Below, in pieces: positions 1-10,208 of a stretch of 21,944 nucleotides of DNA. The stretch is from Pseudomonadota bacterium (GTDB lineage: Bacteria; Bdellovibrionota_B; Oligoflexia; Oligoflexales; CAIYRB01), in assembly GCA_031416315.1 (NCBI GenBank), contig JANOTL010000112.1:1-21944 (forward strand), written 5' to 3'. How positions within the stretch are numbered: position 1 is the first letter of the stretch; the number at the start of each line of letters is the position of its first letter. The notes under the pieces were generated by a model. That model made no database searches and had not been told where the DNA came from. It saw only the letters and a list, made by a program, of their open reading frames with translations. The position numbers and the translations under genes were made by a program.

Positions 1-1571
<1,571 letters not shown>

Positions 1572-1593
1572 GAGTCCTCCGCGCGGGGATCCC

Positions 1594-1625
1594 AATATAG
1601 CAAAAGTCTTAGAATTTGCTAGGAT
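1594..1625. promoter_or_regulatory. Divergent extended -10 promoters for glnS and the asparaginase gene
   Basis: Minus-strand TGCTATATT (1602-1594) and plus-strand TGCTAGGAT (1617-1625) both fit TGnTAnnnT. The plus element lies 6 nt before ATG 1632, which has no RBS. Confidence 0.55.
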
Positions 1626-1631
1626 GCAGGC

Positions 1632-2120
1632 ATGAGTCTACGCATCTTCGTCACTGGCGGCACGTTCGACAAAGAATACAACGAGATCGACGGCACGCTC
1701 TTCTTCAAGAGCACGCACGTCGGGGAGCTTTTGGCGCTCGGGCGCTGCAAGATTCCCGTCCAGGTCCGCACCTTGATGATGATCGACAGCCTAGAGATGA
1801 CCCCCGCCGACCGGCAGACCATCCTCGAGCAATGCCGTCAGTGCGCCGAGGAGCGCATCATCATCACGCACGGAACCGACACCATGGTCGAGACGGCCCG
1901 CCTCCTGGGTCCGAACCTCGCGGGGAAGACGGTCGTCCTGACGGGGGCGATGATCCCGATCAAGTTCGGCAGCTCCGACGGCCTCTTCAACATGGGTGCG
2001 GCGCTAGCCTACGTGCAGGCTCTGCCGCATGGCGTCTACGTCGTCATGGGCGGGCGCTGGTTCAAGTGGGACGACGTGCGAAAGAACCGTGCGCTCGGTG
2101 AGTTCGAGACCTTGACCTGA
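1632..2120 (+). CDS. Short-chain asparaginase/glutaminase-domain protein (162 aa)
   Basis: Catalytic motifs [21 protein letters not shown] and VLTGAMIP. N-terminal asparaginase domain only. Confidence 0.9.
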   Translation: MSLRIFVTGGTFDKEYNEIDGTLFFKSTHVGELLALGRCKIPVQVRTLMMIDSLEMTPADRQTILEQCRQCAEERIIITHGTDTMVETARLLGPNLAGKTVVLTGAMIPIKFGSSDGLFNMGAALAYVQALPHGVYVVMGGRWFKWDDVRKNRALGEFETLT

Positions 2121-2133
2121 GAGGGGGCCGCGC

Positions 2134-3762
2134 ATGAGCTTGTCCGCCAAGTTTCCCGAGGTCTTCGCCGCCGAAGGCGACGGCTCCCTCGCCGCGGTGC
2201 AGAGCTCGGCCAAGGCTCTACACGGAAGCTACCTGATCGACGGCAAGATTCACGTCTGGCGCGGGCCCGAGGAGCCGATCCTGTCGCCGATCTGCCTGCG
2301 CTCCGGCGCGAAGCTCGAGCGCGCCGTCGTCGGCATGGTGCCGATGATGACACGGGACGAGTCGCTCAAGGCGCTGGATGCGGCGTGCCGCGCCTACGAT
2401 CACGGCAACGGCGCCTGGCCGACGATGTCGGTGGCGCAGCGCATCGCGCACGTCGAGGCCTTCGTCCCCTTGATGGTGAAAGAGCGCGAGGCGGTCGTCC
2501 GCCTGATCATGTGGGAGATCGCGAAGTCGCGACCCGATGCCGAAAAGGAGTTCGACCGGACCGTGACCTACATCGCGCAAACGGCGGCCGAGCTGAAGCG
2601 CATGGATCGCGAGAGCTCGCGCTTCGTCTTGGACGAAGGCTACGTCGCGCAGATCCGTCGCAGCCCTTTGGGCGTCGTCCTCTGCATGGGTCCCTACAAC
2701 TATCCCTTGAACGAGACCTTCACGACGCTGATCCCGGCCCTGATCATGGGCAATACCATCGTGTTCAAGCCGCCGCGCTTCGGTGTCCTCTTGCATCAGC
2801 CTCTGCTCGCTGCATTCAGGGATGCGTTCCCTCCCGGGGTCGTCAACACCGTCTTCGGTGACGGCGAGAGCACGGCCGGTCCGATGATGGCCTCCGGCAA
2901 GGTCGACGTCCTCGCGTTCATCGGCTCGGCCGGCGTCGCCGACCTCCTCAAGAAAAAGCATCCGGCGCCGCACCGGCTGCGCTCGATCCTGGGCCTCGGC
3001 GCCAAGAATCCGGCCATCGTCCTGGAGGACGCGGCCCTCGACCAAGCCGCCGCCGAGTGCGTCACCGGCGCGCTGAGCTTCAACGGCCAACGCTGCACCG
3101 CGATCAAGATGATCTTCGTCCACCGCCGCGTCGCGGGACCCTTCTTGGACAGACTGCGCGCCGGCATTGAGGCCCTACCGATCGGCATGCCGTGGGAAAA
3201 AGGCGTGAAGATCACGCCGCTGCCGGAGCTCGGGAAGCCGGAAGAGCTCGGAGGCTATCTTCAGGATGCGGTCGCGCGGGGCGCAACCGTCGTCAATGCG
3301 GGGGGCGGAGAGGTGGCCGGCACGCTGATGCGCCCTGGCCTGATCTCTGGCGTCGCGAAGGGCATGAAACTTTGGACGATCGAGCAGTTCGGCCCCCTCG
3401 TCCCGGTCGCAATCTATGACGAGCTGGATGAGGTCTTGAGCTACGTCGAGGCCGCGACCGTCGGCCAGCAGATCGCGCTCTTCGGCAAATCACCGCAGGT
3501 CCTCGGCGGCCTGATCGACCGCTTGGTGAATCAGGTGTCGCGCATCAACCTGAACAGCCAGTGCCAGCGCAGCCCCGACTCCTTTCCCTTCACGGGTCGC
3601 AAGAGCTCGGCCGAGGGCACGCTCTCGGTTCACGATGCGCTGCGCAGCTTCTCGATTCGCACGATGGCGGTGACGGTCGCCAACGAAGCGAACAAGGCGC
3701 TCATCTCAGAGATCGTCGCGGCGCGCACGTCGAAGTTTCTGTCGACTGATTTCCTGCTTTAG
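2134..3762 (+). CDS. gapN: Aldehyde dehydrogenase, non-phosphorylating NADP-dependent glyceraldehyde-3-phosphate dehydrogenase (GapN)-like
   Basis: GPYNYPLNE, FKPP, AFIGS, catalytic Cys in NGQRCTA, EQFGP, FPFTGRKSSAEGTLSVHDALRSFS. GAGGGG RBS upstream. Confidence 0.8.
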   Translation: MSLSAKFPEVFAAEGDGSLAAVQSSAKALHGSYLIDGKIHVWRGPEEPILSPICLRSGAKLERAVVGMVPMMTRDESLKALDAACRAYDHGNGAWPTMSVAQRIAHVEAFVPLMVKEREAVVRLIMWEIAKSRPDAEKEFDRTVTYIAQTAAELKRMDRESSRFVLDEGYVAQIRRSPLGVVLCMGPYNYPLNETFTTLIPALIMGNTIVFKPPRFGVLLHQPLLAAFRDAFPPGVVNTVFGDGESTAGPMMASGKVDVLAFIGSAGVADLLKKKHPAPHRLRSILGLGAKNPAIVLEDAALDQAAAECVTGALSFNGQRCTAIKMIFVHRRVAGPFLDRLRAGIEALPIGMPWEKGVKITPLPELGKPEELGGYLQDAVARGATVVNAGGGEVAGTLMRPGLISGVAKGMKLWTIEQFGPLVPVAIYDELDEVLSYVEAATVGQQIALFGKSPQVLGGLIDRLVNQVSRINLNSQCQRSPDSFPFTGRKSSAEGTLSVHDALRSFSIRTMAVTVANEANKALISEIVAARTSKFLSTDFLL

Positions 3763-3764
3763 GC

Positions 3765-4118
3765 CTAGGTCGAGGTCGCGGGGTAGAAGACGAAGCGCAC
3801 GAGCCATCCGAGGACCGTCAGCACCACCGAGCCGATGACTGCGGGAAGGAGGCCGACAATCTCGAAGCCGGGCGTCAGCGCGGCGGCGATCTTCAGGCAG
3901 AGGCCGTTCACGATCAGCAGAAAAAGCCCGAACGTGATGATCGTCAACGGCAGGGTGAGCAAGGTGATCACCGGATACACGAGCACGTTGACGACGCCGA
4001 TGACGAGCGATGCCAGAAGGGCCGCTACGAAGCTCTTCACCTCCATCCCTGGAACGACGTGCGCCGTCACCATGAGGGTCAGTGCGGCCAGGAGCCAATG
4101 GACGAGGTAGGGAAACAT
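3765..4118 (-). CDS. Four-TM membrane protein, phage-holin family 4-2 / YvlD-like
   Basis: Hydrophobic 117 aa with PG, LLTLPLTIITFGLFLLIVNG and PGFEI motifs typical of the family. GGAGG RBS. Confidence 0.88.
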   Translation of the reverse strand: MFPYLVHWLLAALTLMVTAHVVPGMEVKSFVAALLASLVIGVVNVLVYPVITLLTLPLTIITFGLFLLIVNGLCLKIAAALTPGFEIVGLLPAVIGSVVLTVLGWLVRFVFYPATST

Positions 4119-4149
4119 CGCGGTCCTCCGTCATTGCGAGGTGCAAGTA

Positions 4150-4851
4150 CTAGACCGGAAGGTCGAACAGGATCAACTCGCTAGTGGATCCGGCGATCAC
4201 CTCGATGGCCCTTTGGCCGGTGATCGCCGCGCCGTCGCCCGCTTGGAGCTCTTGCCCGTCGACCGTGACCGTGCCCTTGATCATCTGGATCCAGGCACTG
4301 CGACCTTCCCTTAGGGGGAAATGCAGGCTCGCGTTGGCTTTGAGCTGCGCCAGATAGAGGTCCGCATCCTGGTTGATGGCGATGGATCCGTCACGACCGT
4401 CCTCGGAGACGGCGAGAACGAGCGGCGCCTTCGCGAGCGCCTCGGTAAAGCTCTTCTGGCCATAGCCCGGAGCGATGCCTTTCGACTTCGGCGTGATCCA
4501 AATCTGCAGGAAATGCGAGACGCGGTCCTCGAGGTGATTCTGCTCGGCATGCACGACGCCGGTACCGGCGCTCATGCGTTGCACCTCGCCCGGCCGGATG
4601 ATCGCCTTGTTGCCCATCGAGTCCTCGTGCTCGAGCGCCCCGTCGATGACGTAGGAGATGATCTCCATGTCTTTGTGCGGGTGCGCGCCGAAGCCGGTGC
4701 CGCCTTGGATGCGGTCCTCGTTGATGACGCGGAGGGGGCCGAAATGCATGTGCCGCGGGTCGTGGTAACTCGCGAAAGAGAAGGTGTGCTGCGACTCGAG
4801 CCAGCCGTGGGAGGCTTGGCCACGTTCTCGGGAGCGGCGGAGGGTCAGCAT
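4150..4851 (-). CDS. Pirin family protein (YhhW-like bicupin)
   Basis: HGWLESQHTFSFASY, LRVINED, GFGAHPHKDMEI, HEDSMGN, QRMSAGTGVVHAE, FLQIWI and C-terminal LFDL. Confidence 0.95.
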   Translation of the reverse strand: MLTLRRSRERGQASHGWLESQHTFSFASYHDPRHMHFGPLRVINEDRIQGGTGFGAHPHKDMEIISYVIDGALEHEDSMGNKAIIRPGEVQRMSAGTGVVHAEQNHLEDRVSHFLQIWITPKSKGIAPGYGQKSFTEALAKAPLVLAVSEDGRDGSIAINQDADLYLAQLKANASLHFPLREGRSAWIQMIKGTVTVDGQELQAGDGAAITGQRAIEVIAGSTSELILFDLPV

Positions 4852-5200
4852 GGCGATTCCTTTCAGCGTTGCGACTCCCTGAAGGTATCAACGGCGCATG
4901 ATCCTTGCCGGCCTAGGGTGGGGGCGGCTCGCCCGTCACGAGGTCGCGGCAGAGTTGGAAGCGGGGAAATGACTGCCGATCGACCGACCCGCGGCTCCGG
5001 CCTTTACCCTGGACCTCTGCGTTATACGCAGCCTTCTCAGGCCCTTGGGACCGACCGGCCGCGCGATCTGGGCGAGGCTCGGTTCGTGATCGATTTTAGT
5101 CAAGACCCGTGAGATAATGCCGATAACACTCTGACACAACAGAATGCCTGGTTTCTTACATCGTTCTGTTTCCTATCTACATTTTCATTCACAGGTTTTG

Positions 5201-6055
5201 ATGCTTCTCAGTAGTCCCCGTCCCCGGTCCCGCACTAGGTTTCGCCGCTCCAGGACCCGCGCCGCCCGACCCTTCCTCTCCGTCTCCCGCTGGCACGCAT
5301 TCTTCTGGTTGATCACCGTCGGGCTGAAACATTGGCTCGTCGAGCGTTGGCGCAACACCGAGACCCCGGTCCGCCGTCCACCGTCCCTGCCTCGCGAGCG
5401 CATCTTCGTCGACGCGAGCTTCACGTGTCACTCGCCGCAAGGCATCGGCCCCGGCGTCGGTGGCATCGGCGTCTGGGTCCCCCGGCTGCGCATGGCCTTC
5501 GCCCTCAAGGTGGACGTCAAGAGCAGCATGGAAGCCGAGACGCTCGCTCTGCTCGCAGGCGCCTTGCTCGCGAAGAAGATGAGCTTCGAGCGCCCGATCA
5601 TCTTCTCCGACTGCAAGTCGGCCGTGCACATCGCCTCGCGGCATTTCGCCGTCGGCCGTGGTCGCGGCATCTTCGGGAAGATCGCCCGCTGCCTCCAGCT
5701 CTCGTCGGAGCATCGTGCCTTCCGCCACATCTACGACACCGTCTGCACCCTGCGCGGCTCGTTGGAGTGGAAGCCGCGTGAGCTGAACCGCGAGGCGGAT
5801 CTCGCCTCCAACATCGGCTCCCGCCACGGCAGCATGGGGATCATCCTCACGCAGGCGAAGAACCACAACCACGCTCTGAACGATGTCCTCTCGCGCGACG
5901 CGCAAGCGGTCGACGAGAAGACGGGCGTCGTGCGGCGTCACTACCGCGGCGGCACGCGCACGGTCGGTTACGCGGCACGCAAGACGACGACGAGCCGCGC
6001 CTTTCTGCGCGACACGCGGCGCCTGATCGCTCAGTTCCACAGCGAAGTCGCCTGA
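5201..6055 (+). CDS. RNase HI-like (RVT_3-type) domain protein with N- and C-terminal extensions
   Basis: Four acidic RNase H residues in order: FVDASF, SMEAE, FSDCK, WKPRELNREAD. Start uncertain: 5201 (CAGGT upstream) or 5144. Confidence 0.8.
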   Translation: MLLSSPRPRSRTRFRRSRTRAARPFLSVSRWHAFFWLITVGLKHWLVERWRNTETPVRRPPSLPRERIFVDASFTCHSPQGIGPGVGGIGVWVPRLRMAFALKVDVKSSMEAETLALLAGALLAKKMSFERPIIFSDCKSAVHIASRHFAVGRGRGIFGKIARCLQLSSEHRAFRHIYDTVCTLRGSLEWKPRELNREADLASNIGSRHGSMGIILTQAKNHNHALNDVLSRDAQAVDEKTGVVRRHYRGGTRTVGYAARKTTTSRAFLRDTRRLIAQFHSEVA

Positions 6056-6144
6056 AACCAAGCGCGACGCTTCAGAAAGGCCTTGGCGGTCGTTGCATCG
6101 GATGATGCTCCGACTGCTGCAGCGCTTACCTCGATGCGCCGACT

Positions 6145-6765
6145 TTAGCCCAGGTAGGCCCACAGCTCCACCAAGCCGCGCCGGATCACCTCGGACCAGA
6201 AGGCGAAGTAGACCCACGTCGCGATCGCGGCGATCTTCCCCGCCAGGACGAAGAGGCCGTCGCGCTCCAAGTAGCCGAGGCACGAGAAAATGATCGACCA
6301 GGCGGGGAATGAGTTCGAGCAGATGATGATCGGCGGCAGTGGCAGGCTCAAGGCGAGCCCGCTGCAGAAGATGCTGACGCCGATCATATTCACCATCGGC
6401 GGCCGCAGCATGACGTCGAGGCGCGGCTTGAAGAAGCGCTCGGCGTAGGTGAAGACCTTGGCGGCGCCGCGCACGATCTTGCGTAAGGTACCAGCGTCGA
6501 GCTCGCGCTTCTTCACGAACTGCGGGAGGCTGCCGACGGTGCCCAGCGCCAGGCGCAGTCCCATTGCCATAATCGCAGTGCCGAAGACGACGGAGAGGCC
6601 GGGCAGCGGGATCGGCTGGATGAACGGGATACACAAGATCATGCAGAGCGTCGCAAAGCCGCGGCCCTGCAACACGACCTCAATCTCTTCGACGGAGACG
6701 CGGGCGCGATCGCCGCTGGCGTGGCGCTCGATGGCTTCCAAATCTCGGACGAAGCTTTGTTTCAT
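6145..6765 (-). CDS. exoD: Exopolysaccharide biosynthesis protein ExoD family
   Basis: RGFATL..L.IPF.PIPLPGLS.VFG, LP.FV, KPRL, LPLP...N.FPA, LG.LERDG. Start 6765 preferred (GGAG upstream); 6792 is an alternative. Confidence 0.88.
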   Translation of the reverse strand: MKQSFVRDLEAIERHASGDRARVSVEEIEVVLQGRGFATLCMILCIPFIQPIPLPGLSVVFGTAIMAMGLRLALGTVGSLPQFVKKRELDAGTLRKIVRGAAKVFTYAERFFKPRLDVMLRPPMVNMIGVSIFCSGLALSLPLPPIIICSNSFPAWSIIFSCLGYLERDGLFVLAGKIAAIATWVYFAFWSEVIRRGLVELWAYLG

Positions 6766-6913
6766 GGTCTCCAAGCATCGGCACGAATGCATAAGACCGT
6801 GATGAGCATCCTCATCAGGATTCTTTATCCTGACATTTCAGGCGCTTGCATCGAAGGCGAGGCGCAGCGCGCCTTCGAGGCGAGACAGGCCGGGTAGCTT
6901 GAAACTTCACGCG

Positions 6914-6929
6914 TGGCACGGATCGTGCT
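6914..6929 (+). promoter_or_regulatory. Sigma54 (-24/-12) promoter candidate
   Basis: TGGCACGGATCGTGCT has the canonical GG-N10-GC spacing and lies about 32 nt upstream of ATG 6962. Confidence 0.65.
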
Positions 6930-6961
6930 CTCTCATCCTCAACGATGAGTGGAGGTGTGCA

Positions 6962-7282
6962 ATGAGCCAAGAAAACGAAAAAGTCACCCTGGATCAAAAA
7001 AGCGACATGGTCTCGGAGGGCGGTCCCGTTCCGAGCGTCGCGCGCGCCAAACCCGCCGACGGCGGCTGCGAGCTGGATCCGCAAAACACCGGTGACGCCG
7101 ACGCCGACGCCGCCCGGCAAATCGAGCGCGCGCTCGCCTCGATTTCCGGCCTGAACTTGACGCAGATCAGCGTCTCCTGCCGTGATGGCAACGTGACGGC
7201 CTTGGCCCACGTCTTCCATCCAGAGCGGCCGTGGAAAGCGCCGGACGTCGAGCTGCGAAACGACGATCCGGGCATTCACTGA
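6962..7282 (+). CDS. Small protein with partial/degenerate BON-like domain (106 aa)
   Basis: Strong GGAGGTG RBS before ATG 6962. DADAARQIERALASISGLNLTQISVSCRDGNVT resembles the first half of a BON domain. Confidence 0.6.
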   Translation: MSQENEKVTLDQKSDMVSEGGPVPSVARAKPADGGCELDPQNTGDADADAARQIERALASISGLNLTQISVSCRDGNVTALAHVFHPERPWKAPDVELRNDDPGIH

Positions 7283-7302
7283 CCTCGCCTGGACCTCGCC
7301 TG
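7281..7302. repeat. Perfect 11-bp tandem duplication (GACCTCGCCTG x2)
   Basis: Directly visible at 7281-7291 and 7292-7302, between two convergent stop codons. Confidence 0.8.
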
Positions 7303-7312
7303 CGATGCGCGT

Positions 7313-10096
7313 TTAGTGCGCCGCCTCCAACACCACCACGGTCCGAGGCGGAAGCACCAGGCTCCCCGAGATGGCGTCGAGGCGCACCTCGCGTAACGCC
7401 GGCAGCACCGGCTGTGCGCCTTCGCCGAGCCGCTCCAGCTCCGGCATGAGCTTGAGGCCCGGCTCGCGCAAGCTCCGACTTTCGAGAACGACGGACGCTT
7501 TCGTCACGTTGAACGCGACGATGATGGCTCGGCGGTCCGGATCGAGCCCGGCGCCCTCGAGACGGTAGGCGATCACGCCCGGTTTGGCGCCGCCGTCGCG
7601 GTCGAAGTAGGCCAGACGTTCCTGGATCTCCCTCGTCGAGCCGAGGCGAAAGAGCGGCGAGCTCTTTCGCAGGCGCAGCATCGCTTTGAAAAACTCAGCC
7701 GTCCCGGCGATCGCGTCGGGCGTCGCGCGCAGATTCTCCGCCGCGAGGCGCGGGCGCCAAAAAGCCAGCGCGTCGTCGCCATTCGCAACCTGGGACGGCG
7801 TTCCCAAGCCGTACGCATGGGTCTGCATCGAATAGTCGAGACCGTTGAACGCGTCACCGGAGTCGTAGCTGTTGTCGTCGCCCGACTTCGAGCGCAAGAG
7901 CTCGATCCCCGCGTCGAAGAAGGGAATGCCTTGTCCGAGCGCCACCAACGCGATGCCGAGCCGCTGCATGGCGGTCCGCTCCGCCACAGTCGCCGTCAGC
8001 GGCGCCTTGGCCGCGATGTGATCCCAAAGCGTGAAGTTGTCGTGGGCGCTGACGTAGTTGATGGTTTCCCGTGGCGCCGCCGCGTAGCCCGCGGGCGAGC
8101 CGCCATAGTCGACCTCGTCGCCGCGCCGCGGCTGGCCGTCCGCCGCTTCGAAACGAAAATCGCGGAGATTGCCGGCGAGGCCGAGCTTCACGAGGTCGCC
8201 GTACTCCAGGAGCAGGCGATCCTGCGCCGCCGGGTCTGGGGGCACCATCTTGAGGTCCGAAAGGCCGTTGAAGTCGTAGCCGAGGCCCGTCAGGAACCCG
8301 GGGTTTGCAAGGTTGCCGCGCTCGTAGTTGCCGCCGCGGGCTCGGTCGCGCAGGCGATCGTTGAAGGTGCCGACGCCCAAGCCGGCGGCGTTCAGCTGCG
8401 TGCAGGCTTCCTGCGGCAGGATCGCGTCGAGGGAGCCGAACTTCCAGCCTTCGCCGTAAAGGTAGATCGAGGCTCCGTCGACGCCATCCTTCTCCAAAGT
8501 CAGCGCATCGAGCGCACGGCGCACGGAAACTAGGTTTCCTGTGGTGTGATGGCCCATGAGATCGAAGCGGAAGCCGTCGATCTTGTACTGCCTCGCCCAT
8601 TGGACGACGCTGTCGACGAGGAGCTTTTCCATCATTGCGTGCTCGGACGCGGTGTCGGGACAGCACGTGCTTCGTTGGATGGCCCCTTCGCGGTCGAGGC
8701 GGTAGTAGTAGCCCGGAACGATACGGTCGAGAATCGAGCGCTCGTCCTGCCCCGCATTCGACGTGTGATTGTAGACCACGTCCATCACGACGCGCAGGCC
8801 AGCGTCCGCCAGCGAGGCGACCATCGTGCGCATCTCGAGGATGCGTGCCGGTCCATCCGCTTCGGTCGCGTAGCTGCCTTCGGGGACGTTGTAATGCAGA
8901 GGATCGTAGCCCCAATTGTAGCCGTCCTGATCCTTGATCGCCGTGATCGCCGCCTGAAGGTCGTCCGGCGAGCGCTCCTCCGCGGGTGGCAAGAGCGGCG
9001 TGCGCCAAGTGCCCTTGTCCTCGTTCACGGTCGCGATGTCGAAAACCGGCATCAAATGCACGTGCGTCAGCCCTGCTTCCGCCAGCGAGCGCAAGTGGCG
9101 CATGCCATCGGAGCCGGCGTCCGCGAAGGCGAGGAACGTGCCACGGCGATCCTCCGACGAGAGACCGCGTTCTGCCAACGAAAAGTCACGCACATGCAAT
9201 TCATAGAGCGTGATGTCTTCCGCGCGTGCCAGCGCCGGCTTCCGCAGCGTGTCCCAACCCGAGACCGGCTTCAGAGCCGCGTCGGTCAGATCGACGATCT
9301 GACTGCGCTCGCTGTTGCGCGACAAGCTCACAGAATAAGGATCGGTCACTCGGTTCGTTTCGACGCGGCCAGTCGCGGGCACGTAGACGTCGACCTCGTA
9401 AAGATAGAATGCGTCGCGCCAGCTCGGCTCGCCTCGTGCCGACCAAACGCCTCGCCCTTCGGCGGTCATCGACAGAGTCGTCGCGGGCATCGCATCGTGC
9501 GCCGCGGCAAAAACGAGGAGACGGACGGCGCGCGCGGTTGGCGCCCAGAGCTTGAGGCTTGGCACGCCGCCGGCGCCGAATTGCGGACCGAGATCGTCGC
9601 CATCATAGGAATAGAGAGCATCGAGCAAAGGATACGTCTGCACCGTGCTCGTCTCCGCTGAAGCGTTGCCCACGCTTTCGCCAGTGTTGGCCACGATCGC
9701 GAAGCGGCCGCCGCGGAGGATCTCGCCTGCGCGAGCCGACAGGGAATCCGACCTTAGGCGCAGGTAACCCGCGAGGTACGGATAGCGCTCAAAGTCGGGG
9801 TCTCCGGCGTCGAAGACGCCAGAGCTCTCCAGCGCCGTTTGCCTTCGCGCGCCGCCATCTGTTTCCTCCAGCAGCACCCATCGCGTATCCTCCAATGGCA
9901 CCGAAGGCCAAAGGAGCGTGTCGGGCCTAAGCCAAATGGCTCGCGCCTTCAGCGCCTCCCAGCGCATGGCCGCCGACAGGTCAGCTGCGTCGTTCTGCCG
10001 CGGCTCCGCCCGCCGCGCGCCTAGGGGCCAAGCCGAGTTGCAGGCCGCGAGCAGAAAGACCAGCGCTAACGACGGCATACTTGCGACAAAGGCCAT
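7313..10096 (-). CDS. pulA: Pullulanase-type alpha-1,6-glucosidase (GH13, CBM48), predicted lipoprotein
   Basis: LWAPTA, YELHVRDFS, YNWGYDP, DVVYNH, GFRFDLMG (nucleophile), YGEGW (acid/base), YVSAHDN and LLRSKS. Lipobox LLAAC; GGAGG RBS. Confidence 0.95.
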   Translation of the reverse strand: MAFVASMPSLALVFLLAACNSAWPLGARRAEPRQNDAADLSAAMRWEALKARAIWLRPDTLLWPSVPLEDTRWVLLEETDGGARRQTALESSGVFDAGDPDFERYPYLAGYLRLRSDSLSARAGEILRGGRFAIVANTGESVGNASAETSTVQTYPLLDALYSYDGDDLGPQFGAGGVPSLKLWAPTARAVRLLVFAAAHDAMPATTLSMTAEGRGVWSARGEPSWRDAFYLYEVDVYVPATGRVETNRVTDPYSVSLSRNSERSQIVDLTDAALKPVSGWDTLRKPALARAEDITLYELHVRDFSLAERGLSSEDRRGTFLAFADAGSDGMRHLRSLAEAGLTHVHLMPVFDIATVNEDKGTWRTPLLPPAEERSPDDLQAAITAIKDQDGYNWGYDPLHYNVPEGSYATEADGPARILEMRTMVASLADAGLRVVMDVVYNHTSNAGQDERSILDRIVPGYYYRLDREGAIQRSTCCPDTASEHAMMEKLLVDSVVQWARQYKIDGFRFDLMGHHTTGNLVSVRRALDALTLEKDGVDGASIYLYGEGWKFGSLDAILPQEACTQLNAAGLGVGTFNDRLRDRARGGNYERGNLANPGFLTGLGYDFNGLSDLKMVPPDPAAQDRLLLEYGDLVKLGLAGNLRDFRFEAADGQPRRGDEVDYGGSPAGYAAAPRETINYVSAHDNFTLWDHIAAKAPLTATVAERTAMQRLGIALVALGQGIPFFDAGIELLRSKSGDDNSYDSGDAFNGLDYSMQTHAYGLGTPSQVANGDDALAFWRPRLAAENLRATPDAIAGTAEFFKAMLRLRKSSPLFRLGSTREIQERLAYFDRDGGAKPGVIAYRLEGAGLDPDRRAIIVAFNVTKASVVLESRSLREPGLKLMPELERLGEGAQPVLPALREVRLDAISGSLVLPPRTVVVLEAAH

Positions 10097-10126
10097 GACG
10101 GCACCCTCCGAGAGCTTTGGAGGGCG

Positions 10127-10156
10127 AGCCTAAGTTTCGACCGGGCGCTTTGTCAA
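10127..10156 (-). promoter_or_regulatory. Sigma70-type promoter for pullulanase
   Basis: TTGACA (10156-10151)-N18-TAGGCT (10132-10127) on the minus strand. Confidence 0.6.
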
Positions 10157-10186
10157 AGGACATGCGCCTGAACGGCGCGAATGTCC
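10155..10186 (-). terminator. Possible weak intrinsic terminator after the 10209-11525 gene
   Basis: Minus-strand stem GGACAT-TC-GCGCC-GTTCA-GGCGC-ATGTCC followed by only TTT. Confidence 0.4.
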
Positions 10187-10208
10187 GACCGAGCGGTCCC
10201 CCTCTCCA

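Noticed and set aside
3765..4118. Holin-family gene as a sign of prophage
   Set aside because: This family is common on chromosomes, and no endolysin, integrase or structural genes are nearby.
5144..6055. Retron or retroelement suggested by the RNase H domain
   Set aside because: No reverse transcriptase and no msr/msd-like flanking inverted repeats were found in the window.
5189..6634. 481-aa minus-strand ORF and other long Arg/Ala/Gly-rich alternative-frame ORFs
   Set aside because: High-GC artefacts overlapping well-supported genes.
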